This document shows, one piece after another, positions 63,998 to 64,000 of a DNA stretch of 64,000 bases (position 1 is its first letter; every line of letters begins with the position of its first letter). A model generated the notes under the pieces. The model saw nothing but the letters and a program-made list of their open reading frames with translations, was not told the DNA's origin and did not search any database. This DNA comes from Gammaproteobacteria bacterium. Lineage in GTDB: Bacteria; Pseudomonadota; Gammaproteobacteria; Eutrophobiales; Eutrophobiaceae. The DNA is taken from assembly GCA_965221695.1 (NCBI GenBank), contig OZ244905.1, positions 2,624,001 to 2,688,000 on the forward strand. The letters are read 5' to 3'. The position numbers and the translations under genes are program-made.

Positions 63998-64000
63998 GTC

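Overview
Chromosomal window of a probable gammaproteobacterium, judged from leuA, rimI, cysM, rlmD, trxB and TonB-dependent receptors. Bases 1 to ~52,100 form a dense catabolic region aimed at N-containing aromatic or heterocyclic compounds. It holds two molybdenum-hydroxylase loci plus CoxG, two TonB-dependent receptors and four Rieske oxygenase alpha subunits (two CarAa/OxoO-like, two each followed by a small uncharacterised partner). It also has a Rieske ferredoxin, a type I extradiol dioxygenase, two meta-cleavage-type hydrolases, 2-aminophenol 1,6-dioxygenase (AmnBA), 2-aminomuconate deaminase, an azoreductase and about eight C-N hydrolases of different folds. One of these is an M20-fold, NaaA-like protein that lacks the usual metal ligands. 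I recognised no transcriptional regulator and no dedicated ferredoxin reductase. From ~52,200 the window is housekeeping (Leu-rich leader peptide, leuA, udg, rimI, cysM, exonuclease, galE, L,D-transpeptidase, rlmD), followed by the start of a surface polysaccharide locus. About ten copies or fragments of a short IS5-like palindromic element lie at gene junctions. No rRNA, tRNA, CRISPR array or transposase was seen. All family calls come from motifs recognised by eye, not from database searches.
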